Under the pieces are notes generated by a model, which saw only the letters and a program-made list of their open reading frames with translations, was not told the DNA's origin and ran no database searches. Below, piece by piece: positions 27,384-35,369 of a stretch of DNA of 64,000 bases (position 1 is its first letter; each line of letters starts with the position of its first letter). Origin of the DNA: Pseudoxanthomonas sp. (GTDB lineage Bacteria > Pseudomonadota > Gammaproteobacteria > Xanthomonadales > Xanthomonadaceae). The position numbers and the translations under genes were made by a program. The stretch lies in NCBI GenBank assembly GCA_044235875.1, contig JBIIHJ010000001.1:3707-67706 (forward strand). The letters run 5' to 3'.

Positions 27384-28474
27384 CGGCGCTGCGCCTGTTT
27401 GGCCGGCGCGACCACGCGCACCTTGTCGCCGTCACCGAGGAAGCCTGCGCCTTCGGACACCACCTGCTCGCCGGCCTTGAGGCCGTCGATGATCTCGACA
27501 CGTCCCTGCGAGGTCTGGCCGGTGCGCACGCGACGTCGGGCCACGGCCTGCCGGTCCTTCATGGTGAAGACGTAGCTGTGTCCGTCGCGCTGGACGATGG
27601 CGCTGGTGGGCACCATCAGCGCCTGGCCGTCGCCGGTGAGGATGCGGCCTTCCACGTAGGTGCCGGGCTTCAATGGGCCGGGCTCGGGCAGGTCGGCGTA
27701 AACGGTGCCGGTGCGGGTCTGGGCATCCACGCCCGGGGTGACCGCGCGCACGCGTCCGTGGATCTGCAGGCCGGTGTAGGTCAAGGCAATCGCGTTGCCC
27801 ACGGCCACGTGTGCCAGCTGGTCTTCGGGCAGTTCGGCGCGCCATTCCAGGCGGCCATCGCGGATCAGGCGCAGCAGCTCGCTACCGGCCGACACGACCT
27901 GGCCCGGCTGGATCAGGCGCTTGGAAATCACCCCGTCGGCCGGCGCGCGCAGCTGCGCGAAATCGCGCTGCAGTTTGGCGGCATCGCGCGAAGCGCGGGC
28001 CGTGACCAGCTGCGCCTGTGCCTGGGTCGTGGTGGCGCGCAGCTCGTCCAGGTCGCTGATGCTGATCAGCTGGCCGGCGGCGAGTTTCTGGCCGCGTGCC
28101 TGCTTGGCCTGGGCCAGTTCCAGCGATGCCTTGGCCTGCTGTGTCGAGGCGTCGGCCTGGGCCAGTTCGCTGTCCAGGGTGCGGTGGTCGAGTTCCAGCA
28201 GGACCTGTCCCTGCTTCACCTGCTGGCCGACATCGACGTTGAGGCGGGTGATGCGCTGGCCGCTCAGCTCCACGCCCAGCTGCATTTCCTCGTAGGCCGA
28301 GACCGGTCCGGACACGATGACGCTGCGCGCCAGCGGATAGGACTGGACCGGGCTCAGCGCGACGGCCAGGGCGGAGGAGGCCTCGGCGGGCTTGTCCTTT
28401 TCAGCATCGCCGCAGGCGGACAACAGGGGCAGGGCGGCAAGCAGCAGTGACCAGCGTAGAAGCGATGCACGCAT
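27380..28474 (-). CDS. RND periplasmic adaptor (MFP) lipoprotein
   Basis: Lipobox LSAC; VDVGQQVKQGQVL, LRAPADGVI, VPTSAI, GLKAGEQVV; ATGA overlap with the permease. Confidence 0.93.
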   Translation of the reverse strand: MRASLLRWSLLLAALPLLSACGDAEKDKPAEASSALAVALSPVQSYPLARSVIVSGPVSAYEEMQLGVELSGQRITRLNVDVGQQVKQGQVLLELDHRTLDSELAQADASTQQAKASLELAQAKQARGQKLAAGQLISISDLDELRATTTQAQAQLVTARASRDAAKLQRDFAQLRAPADGVISKRLIQPGQVVSAGSELLRLIRDGRLEWRAELPEDQLAHVAVGNAIALTYTGLQIHGRVRAVTPGVDAQTRTGTVYADLPEPGPLKPGTYVEGRILTGDGQALMVPTSAIVQRDGHSYVFTMKDRQAVARRRVRTGQTSQGRVEIIDGLKAGEQVVSEGAGFLGDGDKVRVVAPAKQAQRR

Positions 28475-28583
28475 GAGAGGACCAGAAATAAGGGAAAGAA
28501 TGTTTGCTACCGCAATGTGGCCAGGGGCCCATGCATGGCTGCCGAAGGAAACAGCGTCGCCCCAACGGGCGCGCCGGTCTTGA

Positions 28584-29231
28584 TCAGGGTGAAACGAAAG
28601 ATTTCTTGAGGATCTGTTGCTCGACCCCATCGAGGATGAGATCGATGCCGTTCCTGAAACGCGCTTCGAAGTTGGGTTCGACAAGCACCTCGCGCGCTTC
28701 CCAGATATGCGGGAAGCGTGTCCTGGCCAACTCGAAGAACGCTTGCTGGACGCCATCGATGGCATCGGGCGATGTGGGCAGCGATTGCTCCTCGATGACG
28801 AAGCCCATCACGTAGTAGATCGAGTCCAGCGCCGTGGTCGCGGCGAACTCGATCGAGGCGCCCGCATCCACCAGGGCGGCGATGGTGGCATTGCCCACGC
28901 GCAGCACGTTCTCGGTGGCCAGGAAGGTGCCGGCATAGACCCGCGCGCCATCGCGATGGGCCTTGAACGCGGTGCGGAACTCAGCGGCGATCTGGTGCAT
29001 GGTCGCGCGCCAGTGCTGGCCTTCCGGAATCTCCCGCGCCACCTCCACGATCAGTGCATCGGCCAGCGCATCGATCAACGCCTGCTTGTTCTTGAAGTGC
29101 CAGTACAGCGACGGCGCCCGGATGCCCAGGCTGCATGCCAGCTTGCGCAGGCTGACGCCTTCGATCCCGGCCTCGTCCAGCAGCGCAAACGCGGCCTGGA
29201 GGATGTGTTCCTGCTTGATCGGACCGCGCAT
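28584..29231 (-). CDS. TetR-class (tetracycline-repressor-like) regulator
   Basis: GIEGVSLRKLA..LGIRAPSLYWHFKNKQALIDALA, HRDGARVYAG, YVMGFVIEE, F..GIDLILDG. Confidence 0.92.
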   Translation of the reverse strand: MRGPIKQEHILQAAFALLDEAGIEGVSLRKLACSLGIRAPSLYWHFKNKQALIDALADALIVEVAREIPEGQHWRATMHQIAAEFRTAFKAHRDGARVYAGTFLATENVLRVGNATIAALVDAGASIEFAATTALDSIYYVMGFVIEEQSLPTSPDAIDGVQQAFFELARTRFPHIWEAREVLVEPNFEARFRNGIDLILDGVEQQILKKSFVSP

Positions 29232-29240
29232 GGCGCTCGC

Positions 29241-29288
29241 CTAACATCGTTAGGGCGGCACTCTAACGATGTTAGTTTGGACGGACAA
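29241..29288 (-). promoter_or_regulatory. Sigma70 promoter with twin TetR-type operators
   Basis: CTAACATCGTTAG (29241-29253) and CTAACGATGTTAG (29263-29275) are exact reverse complements, each CTAAC-N3-GTTAG; minus-strand TTGTCC-17bp-TAGAGT overlaps the second. Confidence 0.85.
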
Positions 29289-29353
29289 GGCCAGAAGTCA
29301 CCTTGGCCTACCGAAGGAAATCGGCGTTACCGGCGGGCCATGGGCCATCCCTG

Positions 29354-30601
29354 TCAGCGGGCGGGCAATGTGATCGTGCCGAAGCGGATATCGCATTTTC
29401 CGTGCGCGTTGGCGGTGCCCGAGAGCATCAGCACGCGGCCGTCCTTGGGATCGCCCGAGGCCAGCAACGGCGAGCTGTAGCCGGGGCAGGCCGTCTCGTC
29501 CTTGCTGTAGCCGCCGGTGGGCGAGATCAAAAAGGGCGCGGCGATCATCGTCCATGGCCCCTTGCCGAGCGTGCGGTTGATCATCAGCGTGCGCCCCGAG
29601 CCTGGTTCGATCGTCACCGCGCCCTCGGGTCCGGAGACCACGCGCTGGCCGGAGGCGATCAGGGTGCCGTCCTTGCCGCCATACGGCGTCCAGGCCAGGC
29701 CGGGCGTATGCAGCAGGCGCTGGCCATCTGCCGTGGCGATCGGCGTGCCCAGGTCGGCCATCGGCGACCAGTCCTGCCCATCGGGCGAGGTCTTCAGGTA
29801 AACGGTGCAAACGTGGTTCGAATCCTGGTTGGCCTTGCAGTTTTCGAAGGTCATCGCAAAGCGGCCATCGGGCAGGCCGATGACGGTCGGCATGCCGGGC
29901 CGGGCGACGCCATCGCGGATGCCGATGTCGTTGATCTGTGGGCCCCAGGTCGCGCCGCCATCGGTGCTGCGCACGTGGGCGATGACCTGGCCCATGCCCT
30001 CGGCCGAGGTGCGCTCGTCGGAGAAGAAGCAATTGAGGCTGCCATCGGCGGTGATGACGAAGTACGGCTCCCAGATGCCGTGGCCTTCGTTGTTGACCTG
30101 AAGCGCCTCGGACGCGCAGCTGCTGCGGTAGCTCCAGTTGCGTCCGCCATCGCGACTGATGAAGACCTCCACGGCCTGCTGGCGGAAGTCGCGCCGGTTC
30201 CAGGCCGTGCCCGAGGCAAACAGCGTGCCGGCCGGCAAATCGCCTTGCGCGACGGGCAGCTCGAACAACGCCGGCGCCTCGATGTCCCAGCCGTGCACAG
30301 TGTCGCGGACCACGCCGATCGGCGTGGATGTCCAGGTCTGGCCGGCATCGGTGGAGCGATAGATCGGCAGGCTGCCTTTCTCGCCCGGGACACCGTTGTG
30401 GGCGAACGTCGCCAGCAGTGTGCCGTTGTCCTCGCCGGCGTGCTGCAGGCGGATCACGCGCGGGTAGCCGGCTTCCTCCTGCGGGCTCACCGTGCCGGCG
30501 GCAAACAACAGCGTGCCGTCCGGCAGCGCCGTTGCGGCCGATGCGGTTCCCGCACACAGCGCCATGCCACCGAACATCATCATCGCCAGCCTGCGGATCA
30601 T
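29354..30601 (-). CDS. GH93-like six-bladed beta-propeller glycosidase (BNR/Asp-box), exported
   Basis: YPRVIRL, PIYRSTDAGQTW, LFELP...GDLPAGTL, SRDGGRNW, IWEP, FFSDER, RPGMPTV..LPDG..AMTFE follow the GH93 exo-arabinanase motif order; lacks the sialidase RIP motif. Confidence 0.75.
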   Translation of the reverse strand: MIRRLAMMMFGGMALCAGTASAATALPDGTLLFAAGTVSPQEEAGYPRVIRLQHAGEDNGTLLATFAHNGVPGEKGSLPIYRSTDAGQTWTSTPIGVVRDTVHGWDIEAPALFELPVAQGDLPAGTLFASGTAWNRRDFRQQAVEVFISRDGGRNWSYRSSCASEALQVNNEGHGIWEPYFVITADGSLNCFFSDERTSAEGMGQVIAHVRSTDGGATWGPQINDIGIRDGVARPGMPTVIGLPDGRFAMTFENCKANQDSNHVCTVYLKTSPDGQDWSPMADLGTPIATADGQRLLHTPGLAWTPYGGKDGTLIASGQRVVSGPEGAVTIEPGSGRTLMINRTLGKGPWTMIAAPFLISPTGGYSKDETACPGYSSPLLASGDPKDGRVLMLSGTANAHGKCDIRFGTITLPAR

Positions 30602-30728
30602 GGAGCGTTGCCTTGTGTAGGAAGGAAAGTGGGCCGCGCGGCGTCCGCGCCGGGCGACCGAAGCGTTGGAGGTGCAGAGGGATGCGCGCGGGCCTGTCAC
30701 ACGCGCATGGACGAAAGCGAAGCCTCGG

Positions 30729-31769
30729 TCAGTCCGTATTCGTCTTTTCGATCCCGAACTGGGCGACCAGGGCGTCGTACTGCTTGCGGCTGATCGTCAG
30801 CATCGTGCCGTGACGCACTTTAGGCGGCAGGCTGTATTTGTCCCAGTCATCGCGGAAGGTATAGCCGGAGATCTGGTACCACGGGCCGGAGAGCTTGCGC
30901 GACACCGACAAGCCATAGGACACGCCGGGATACTGCTCGTAGTACAGATACCAGGCCTTGCCGTCGGGCGAGGGGATCAGCATCGGTGCTTCGCGGAAAT
31001 TGGGGCTGATCGGCGCGCTGAGGTCCTTGTACGGGCCCAGCAGCGCATCGGAACTGGCGATGCGGATGGTCTTGCCGGTCACCCAATCGAGCGTGGGATA
31101 GGTCTCGTCCTTGAGGATCGCCCAGTACTTGCCCTCCTCGTGGCGCAGGAACACGTCGATGGTGCCCATCTCCCAGCCAAGCAGGCGCTTGGGCGGCGCG
31201 GAGAAGGTCTTCAGGTCGGGCGAGGTGACATACAGCGTGCGCTGGCTGGCCCAGTAGCGCTCTCCGTCTTCGGGCGTGCCTTCCAGGTGCGGTGTATGCC
31301 AGGTCATGACGAAGCGCCTGGACGCCTTGTCGAAGAACAGCTTCGGCGCACCGATCCGCTGCAGCGCCTGCGCATAGCCGGGCGTGGACTTCAGGTCCGG
31401 CGTGTAGGTGCTGTAGCGCGACCAGGTGACCAGGTCGGAAGAGGACCAGATGTCGATGACCGGCGCCGCATCGCTTTGGTTGCCGGCGATGTAGTAAGTG
31501 CCATCGGGACCCTGGGCGATGTCCGGATGCCCGCGGTAGTCATCGGTGATGCGTTTGCCGCCGTTGAGGCGATACCAGTGCAGGCCATCGAGGCTGGCGC
31601 TGTAGTAGAGGTGCCCGTAGTCCGCATCGGTCATGTGCGCGAACAGGTAGGCCTCGTGCACGGGCCTGGCGCCGGGGGCGACCTGACCCGGTGGATCGGG
31701 CTGCTTGGCCAGCGACATCGCAGCGCAGCACAGTCCCACGACAAGCAGCAATCCCCGTAGCGCTTTCAT
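30729..31769 (-). CDS. GH43-like five-bladed beta-propeller glycosidase, exported
   Basis: YLFAHM...LYYS.SLDGLHW, SSDLVTW, IGAP, TSPDLKTFS, TID, LKDE, REAP, RHG. Confidence 0.8.
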   Translation of the reverse strand: MKALRGLLLVVGLCCAAMSLAKQPDPPGQVAPGARPVHEAYLFAHMTDADYGHLYYSASLDGLHWYRLNGGKRITDDYRGHPDIAQGPDGTYYIAGNQSDAAPVIDIWSSSDLVTWSRYSTYTPDLKSTPGYAQALQRIGAPKLFFDKASRRFVMTWHTPHLEGTPEDGERYWASQRTLYVTSPDLKTFSAPPKRLLGWEMGTIDVFLRHEEGKYWAILKDETYPTLDWVTGKTIRIASSDALLGPYKDLSAPISPNFREAPMLIPSPDGKAWYLYYEQYPGVSYGLSVSRKLSGPWYQISGYTFRDDWDKYSLPPKVRHGTMLTISRKQYDALVAQFGIEKTNTD

Positions 31770-31820
31770 GCCTTCGCACCCGCCGATGTTGGTCTTGAGG
31801 CACCGAGCCTAGTCGGATTT

Positions 31821-31837
31821 AATTTGTAATACAATTT
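31821..31837. promoter_or_regulatory. GntR/FadR-type operator TTGTA-A-TACAA
   Basis: AATTTGTAATACAATTT, an AT-rich palindrome in a GC-rich background, about 55 bp upstream of the GH43-like ATG. Confidence 0.7.
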
Positions 31838-32074
31838 CCGCAACAGGCTTGTTTTGCAGGTCCAAGCATTGCGGTCGGTGAATCGCGGATGCGGCATCGT
31901 GCTGTCTGAAAATTGGGCGCGGTCCGCGCCAATCCCGAGGTCGGCATCGGCTTGATGGATGCCTGTCGCCTCATGCAGCGCGATCCGTTCGCGATCGCAG
32001 CAGCGGAAGGCAAGTCGACACGCGTGGGCGGGCGTGGGAGGCTAGGCCCCTGCCTCATGGTGCGGAGGGGGCTT

Positions 32075-33565
32075 TTGAGTCACACGCTTTCGTCCCAGCG
32101 TCGCCGCAACCAGCGCATGCAGCGCGTGGTCCTGCACGGCTTCCTGTGCGTGGCATTGGCGCTGCTGGTTGCGACCCAGTACTGGTCGGCCCGGAGCGAT
32201 CAGGCCGCCTCGTTGGCCCAGACACAGGCCAACGCGTTGAACCTGGCCACCTCGTTGGCCCAGCATGCCGGGGACACGTTCCAGATCGCCGATACAGCCT
32301 TGTCTGGCATCGACGCGCGCCTGGAAGAAAGCCACCGGATCGATGTCGACAGCCTGCATCGCTTCCTGGCCAGCGAGGTCGCGCGTTCGGACCGCATCCA
32401 CGGGCTGTTTGTCTACGATGCACGTGGCGAGTGGGTGACCTCGTCGCTGGCGAGCATGCCGGCCCTGCACAACAACAGCGACCGGGAATACTTCAAGTAC
32501 CACCGGGCCAACCGCGACCAGCTGGCACGCATCAATGCCCCGGTCCAGAGCCGTTCGGATGGCAGCTGGATCGTGACCCTGACCCGCCGCGTGAACCTGC
32601 CGGACGGGTCATTCGGCGGGGTGGTGCTGGCGAGCATCCAGCTCGCGTATTTCGAGAACTTCTACGGCACCTTCGACGTCGGCCGCGATGGCACGATCGG
32701 CATGACGATGGACGATGGCACCGTGATCGTGCGTCTGCCCCACGACGACGGCCCGCGCAGCAAGTCCATCGCCGGCACGCATCTGTTCCACCAGTTGCAG
32801 GCACGCCGACGCGGTGCGCTCACCTATACCTCGCCGATCGACGGAGTGACCCGGATTTCCGGGTTCGCACGCGTGAGTGGGTTCCCCGTGAATCTGCTGG
32901 CGGGCGTCTCCGAGGTGGAATCGATGGCGGCGTGGCGATCGAGCGTGCGCTCGCGCCTGGCGATCACCGTGCTGGGCGTTTCGATCCTGCTGATCGCCGC
33001 ACTGTGGCTGGACATCCAGTTGCGCCGTACCCATCGCAGCGAGCTGGCCTTCAGCGAGCAGGCCAGCCTCGACGGGCTGACCGGCATCTACAACCGGCGG
33101 ACCTTCGACCTTCAACTGGATCGGGCGATCGTGGCGGGCCAAATCCAGGACAGCGCGCTGAGCCTGATCCTGGTCGACGTCGATCACTTCAAGCTCTTCA
33201 ACGACACCTATGGGCACAGCGAAGGCGATGCCTGCCTGCGCCTGGTCGCCAGGACGCTGTCCTCCAAGACGCGCGGCGACGATGCCGTGGCGCGTTTCGG
33301 CGGCGAGGAGTTCACGCTCATCCTGGCGGGGTGCGGTGCGGAGGATGCCGATCGGCAGGGGCGTCGCATCGTCGATGAAATCCAGGCGTTGCAGATCCCG
33401 CATGCGTCCAGCCCGACCGCTGGCCACGTGACCATCAGCGCCGGGGTGGTGACGTGGGAAGGGCCGGGACGCGCATCGGGCGCGGCCCTGATCGCGGCCG
33501 CGGACCGCGCGCTGTACGAGGCCAAGCGCGCAGGCCGCAACCGGCATTGTGCAAGGACACTCTGA
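32075..33565 (+). CDS. Membrane diguanylate cyclase with periplasmic Cache-type sensor domain
   Basis: Two TM segments flanking SDREYF..H, SRSDG.W...TRR...DGSFGGVV; DVDHFK.FND.YGH..GD, RGDD I-site, GGEEF; TTG start with GGAGG RBS (32057 or 32117 also possible). Confidence 0.92.
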   Translation: MSHTLSSQRRRNQRMQRVVLHGFLCVALALLVATQYWSARSDQAASLAQTQANALNLATSLAQHAGDTFQIADTALSGIDARLEESHRIDVDSLHRFLASEVARSDRIHGLFVYDARGEWVTSSLASMPALHNNSDREYFKYHRANRDQLARINAPVQSRSDGSWIVTLTRRVNLPDGSFGGVVLASIQLAYFENFYGTFDVGRDGTIGMTMDDGTVIVRLPHDDGPRSKSIAGTHLFHQLQARRRGALTYTSPIDGVTRISGFARVSGFPVNLLAGVSEVESMAAWRSSVRSRLAITVLGVSILLIAALWLDIQLRRTHRSELAFSEQASLDGLTGIYNRRTFDLQLDRAIVAGQIQDSALSLILVDVDHFKLFNDTYGHSEGDACLRLVARTLSSKTRGDDAVARFGGEEFTLILAGCGAEDADRQGRRIVDEIQALQIPHASSPTAGHVTISAGVVTWEGPGRASGAALIAAADRALYEAKRAGRNRHCARTL

Positions 33566-33988
33566 CGCTGCGCGCATGCCTCTGAGCACCTCGCCGACCG
33601 CGCATCGTCCTGGGCCGGGTCCATCAAGCCGCAGGCATCGCCTCGCAGACACAGCGCTCGCTCTTCGCTTCCTTGCGGCGCCGTGCAGGCGCGGCGTTGC
33701 AGGCAACAGGTCGCGCATGCTGGTATGCAGGCAGATCGGTGGAAGGCTCGCATCGAGGTGGCCGCACCGCGGCGACAGGTGGTGACGCCATGTCGGCGTC
33801 CGCCACATGGAGCAGCTGTCCCGCAGGGACGTGAGCTGCAAAGCATCGACGGTCCGGTTCAGCCCGCCAGCATTGCGCCGGACGCGATGCGGTCCAGCCA
33901 GCGCGGGCGAGCCGCACCACCAGCGCGGGCGGTAGCGGCAGGTCCCCAGCCCACATCGTGCCCGGAGGCGTGGCGGCATCCGATCGAC

Positions 33989-34017
33989 TTGTAAACCTAC
34001 CTTCCAGTAGGTAGGCT
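33989..34017 (+). promoter_or_regulatory. Promoter with TetR operator, probably leaderless
   Basis: TTGTAA-17bp-TAGGCT; CCTACCT-N6-AGGTAGG inverted repeat (33996-34015); ATG follows the -10 after 6 nt. Confidence 0.7.
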
Positions 34018-34023
34018 ATCGCC

Positions 34024-34608
34024 ATGACAACACTTTCCCCCACCGCGGTCCAGATCCTGGCCCATGCGCGCACCCTGATCATCGAGGGCGGCTACAGCGG
34101 TTTCAGTTATGCCGACATCGCCACCCAGGTCGGCATCCGCAAACCCAGCATCCACCATCATTTCCCCACCAAGACCGATCTGGTGCAGGTGCTGGTCGCG
34201 CGCTACCGCATCGAGGCGCGCGAGGGGATCGCCCAACTTGAGCGGCAGATCAGCGATCCGCTGCTGCAACTGCAACACTACGTGGGCTACTGGGAACGCT
34301 GCATCGGCGATGCCAGCGCGCCGATCTGCGTGTGCGCGCTGCTGTCGGCGGAGCTGCCCGTGCTGCCCGAGCGCGTCGCCATCGAGATCAGGACCCACTT
34401 CCGCGATCTTGCCGCATGGCTGGCATCGGTCCTGGAGCGCGGCGCGCAACTGGGACGCCTGCAGCTGACCAACACCCCGAGGATCGAAGCCGAGGCCTTC
34501 ATGGCCACCGTCCACGGCGCGATGTTGTCGGCAAGGGCGTACGGCGAGCCGGAAATCTTCGGTCTGATCATGCAGCGCGTCCTGGACCGATTCGCCCCGG
34601 CGGCCTGA
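34024..34608 (+). CDS. TetR/AcrR-family regulator
   Basis: GYSGFSYADIA..VGIRKPSIHHHFPTK.DL; CVCALL. Confidence 0.92.
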   Translation: MTTLSPTAVQILAHARTLIIEGGYSGFSYADIATQVGIRKPSIHHHFPTKTDLVQVLVARYRIEAREGIAQLERQISDPLLQLQHYVGYWERCIGDASAPICVCALLSAELPVLPERVAIEIRTHFRDLAAWLASVLERGAQLGRLQLTNTPRIEAEAFMATVHGAMLSARAYGEPEIFGLIMQRVLDRFAPAA

Positions 34609-34689
34609 CCCCTCTCTCCCGCAGTGCGAAACCCCGGCGACATTCAAGCCGCCGGAGGGCCTCGTGCACCCTGAAAAAAGGAAACCCCG

Positions 34690-35271
34690 ATGAATCGTGA
34701 CCATTCGCTCCGTCCACTGGCCAGCCAGCAATCCTGGCTCAAGCGCTACTACGCCGTGCGCGCCGTCTTCTCCTTCGTGTGGGTGGCCGCCGCCTTCACG
34801 CTGGCGCCTGGCAACGCCGCGATCGCTGCCATCCTGCTGGCGCTCTACCCGGCCTGGGATGCACTGGCCAACCTCATCGATGCACGACGCAGCGGCGGGC
34901 TGCGCAGCAACCGCGCCCAGGCCATCAACTTTGGCGTGAGCGTGGCGACCACGATCGCGGTGCTGATCGCTCTGCAGACCGGCATGCACGCGGTGCTGGG
35001 CGTCTATGGCGCCTGGGCGATCCTGGCCGGCCTGCTGCAACTGGGCGCGGCCATCAAACGCCGCGGGCAGGGCGCGCAGTGGGCCATGATGCTCAGTGGC
35101 GGACAGTCCGCGCTGGCGGGTGGCCTCTTCCTCTTCAAGTCGTTCCAGCCCGGCGAACCGGCCATCGCCGACATCGCCGGCTATGCCGCAGTCGGCGCGG
35201 TCTACTTCCTGCTCTCCGCCGTGTGGTTGACGGTCAGTGGCTTGCGCCGCGGCGCAGCGACCACGGCCTGA
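34690..35271 (+). CDS. DUF308/HdeD-like membrane protein
   Basis: About 6 hydrophobic segments; YPAWDA.AN, GAWAILAGLLQL, GAQWAMMLSGGQSALAG. Confidence 0.8.
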   Translation: MNRDHSLRPLASQQSWLKRYYAVRAVFSFVWVAAAFTLAPGNAAIAAILLALYPAWDALANLIDARRSGGLRSNRAQAINFGVSVATTIAVLIALQTGMHAVLGVYGAWAILAGLLQLGAAIKRRGQGAQWAMMLSGGQSALAGGLFLFKSFQPGEPAIADIAGYAAVGAVYFLLSAVWLTVSGLRRGAATTA

Positions 35272-35369
35272 ATGGAGCCTGCCTGATTCGAGCCTGCCCG
35301 GCTCGATGGCCTGGCGGGGCGCTGCACGTCGCGCGCGGTGCGCGCCGCGTGCAGCTCCTCGGCGCTTCC

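Noticed and set aside
24267-27575. 1102-aa plus-strand ORF, and similar long antisense ORFs (13773-16328, 45244-47415, 47599-49902, 49906-52479, 54526-56799)
   Set aside because: Shadow frames antisense to well-supported genes; expected from high GC3 and stop-codon scarcity; no recognisable motifs
29354-30601. Sialidase (GH33) call
   Set aside because: Asp-boxes alone are not diagnostic; no RIP motif; motif order fits GH93 better
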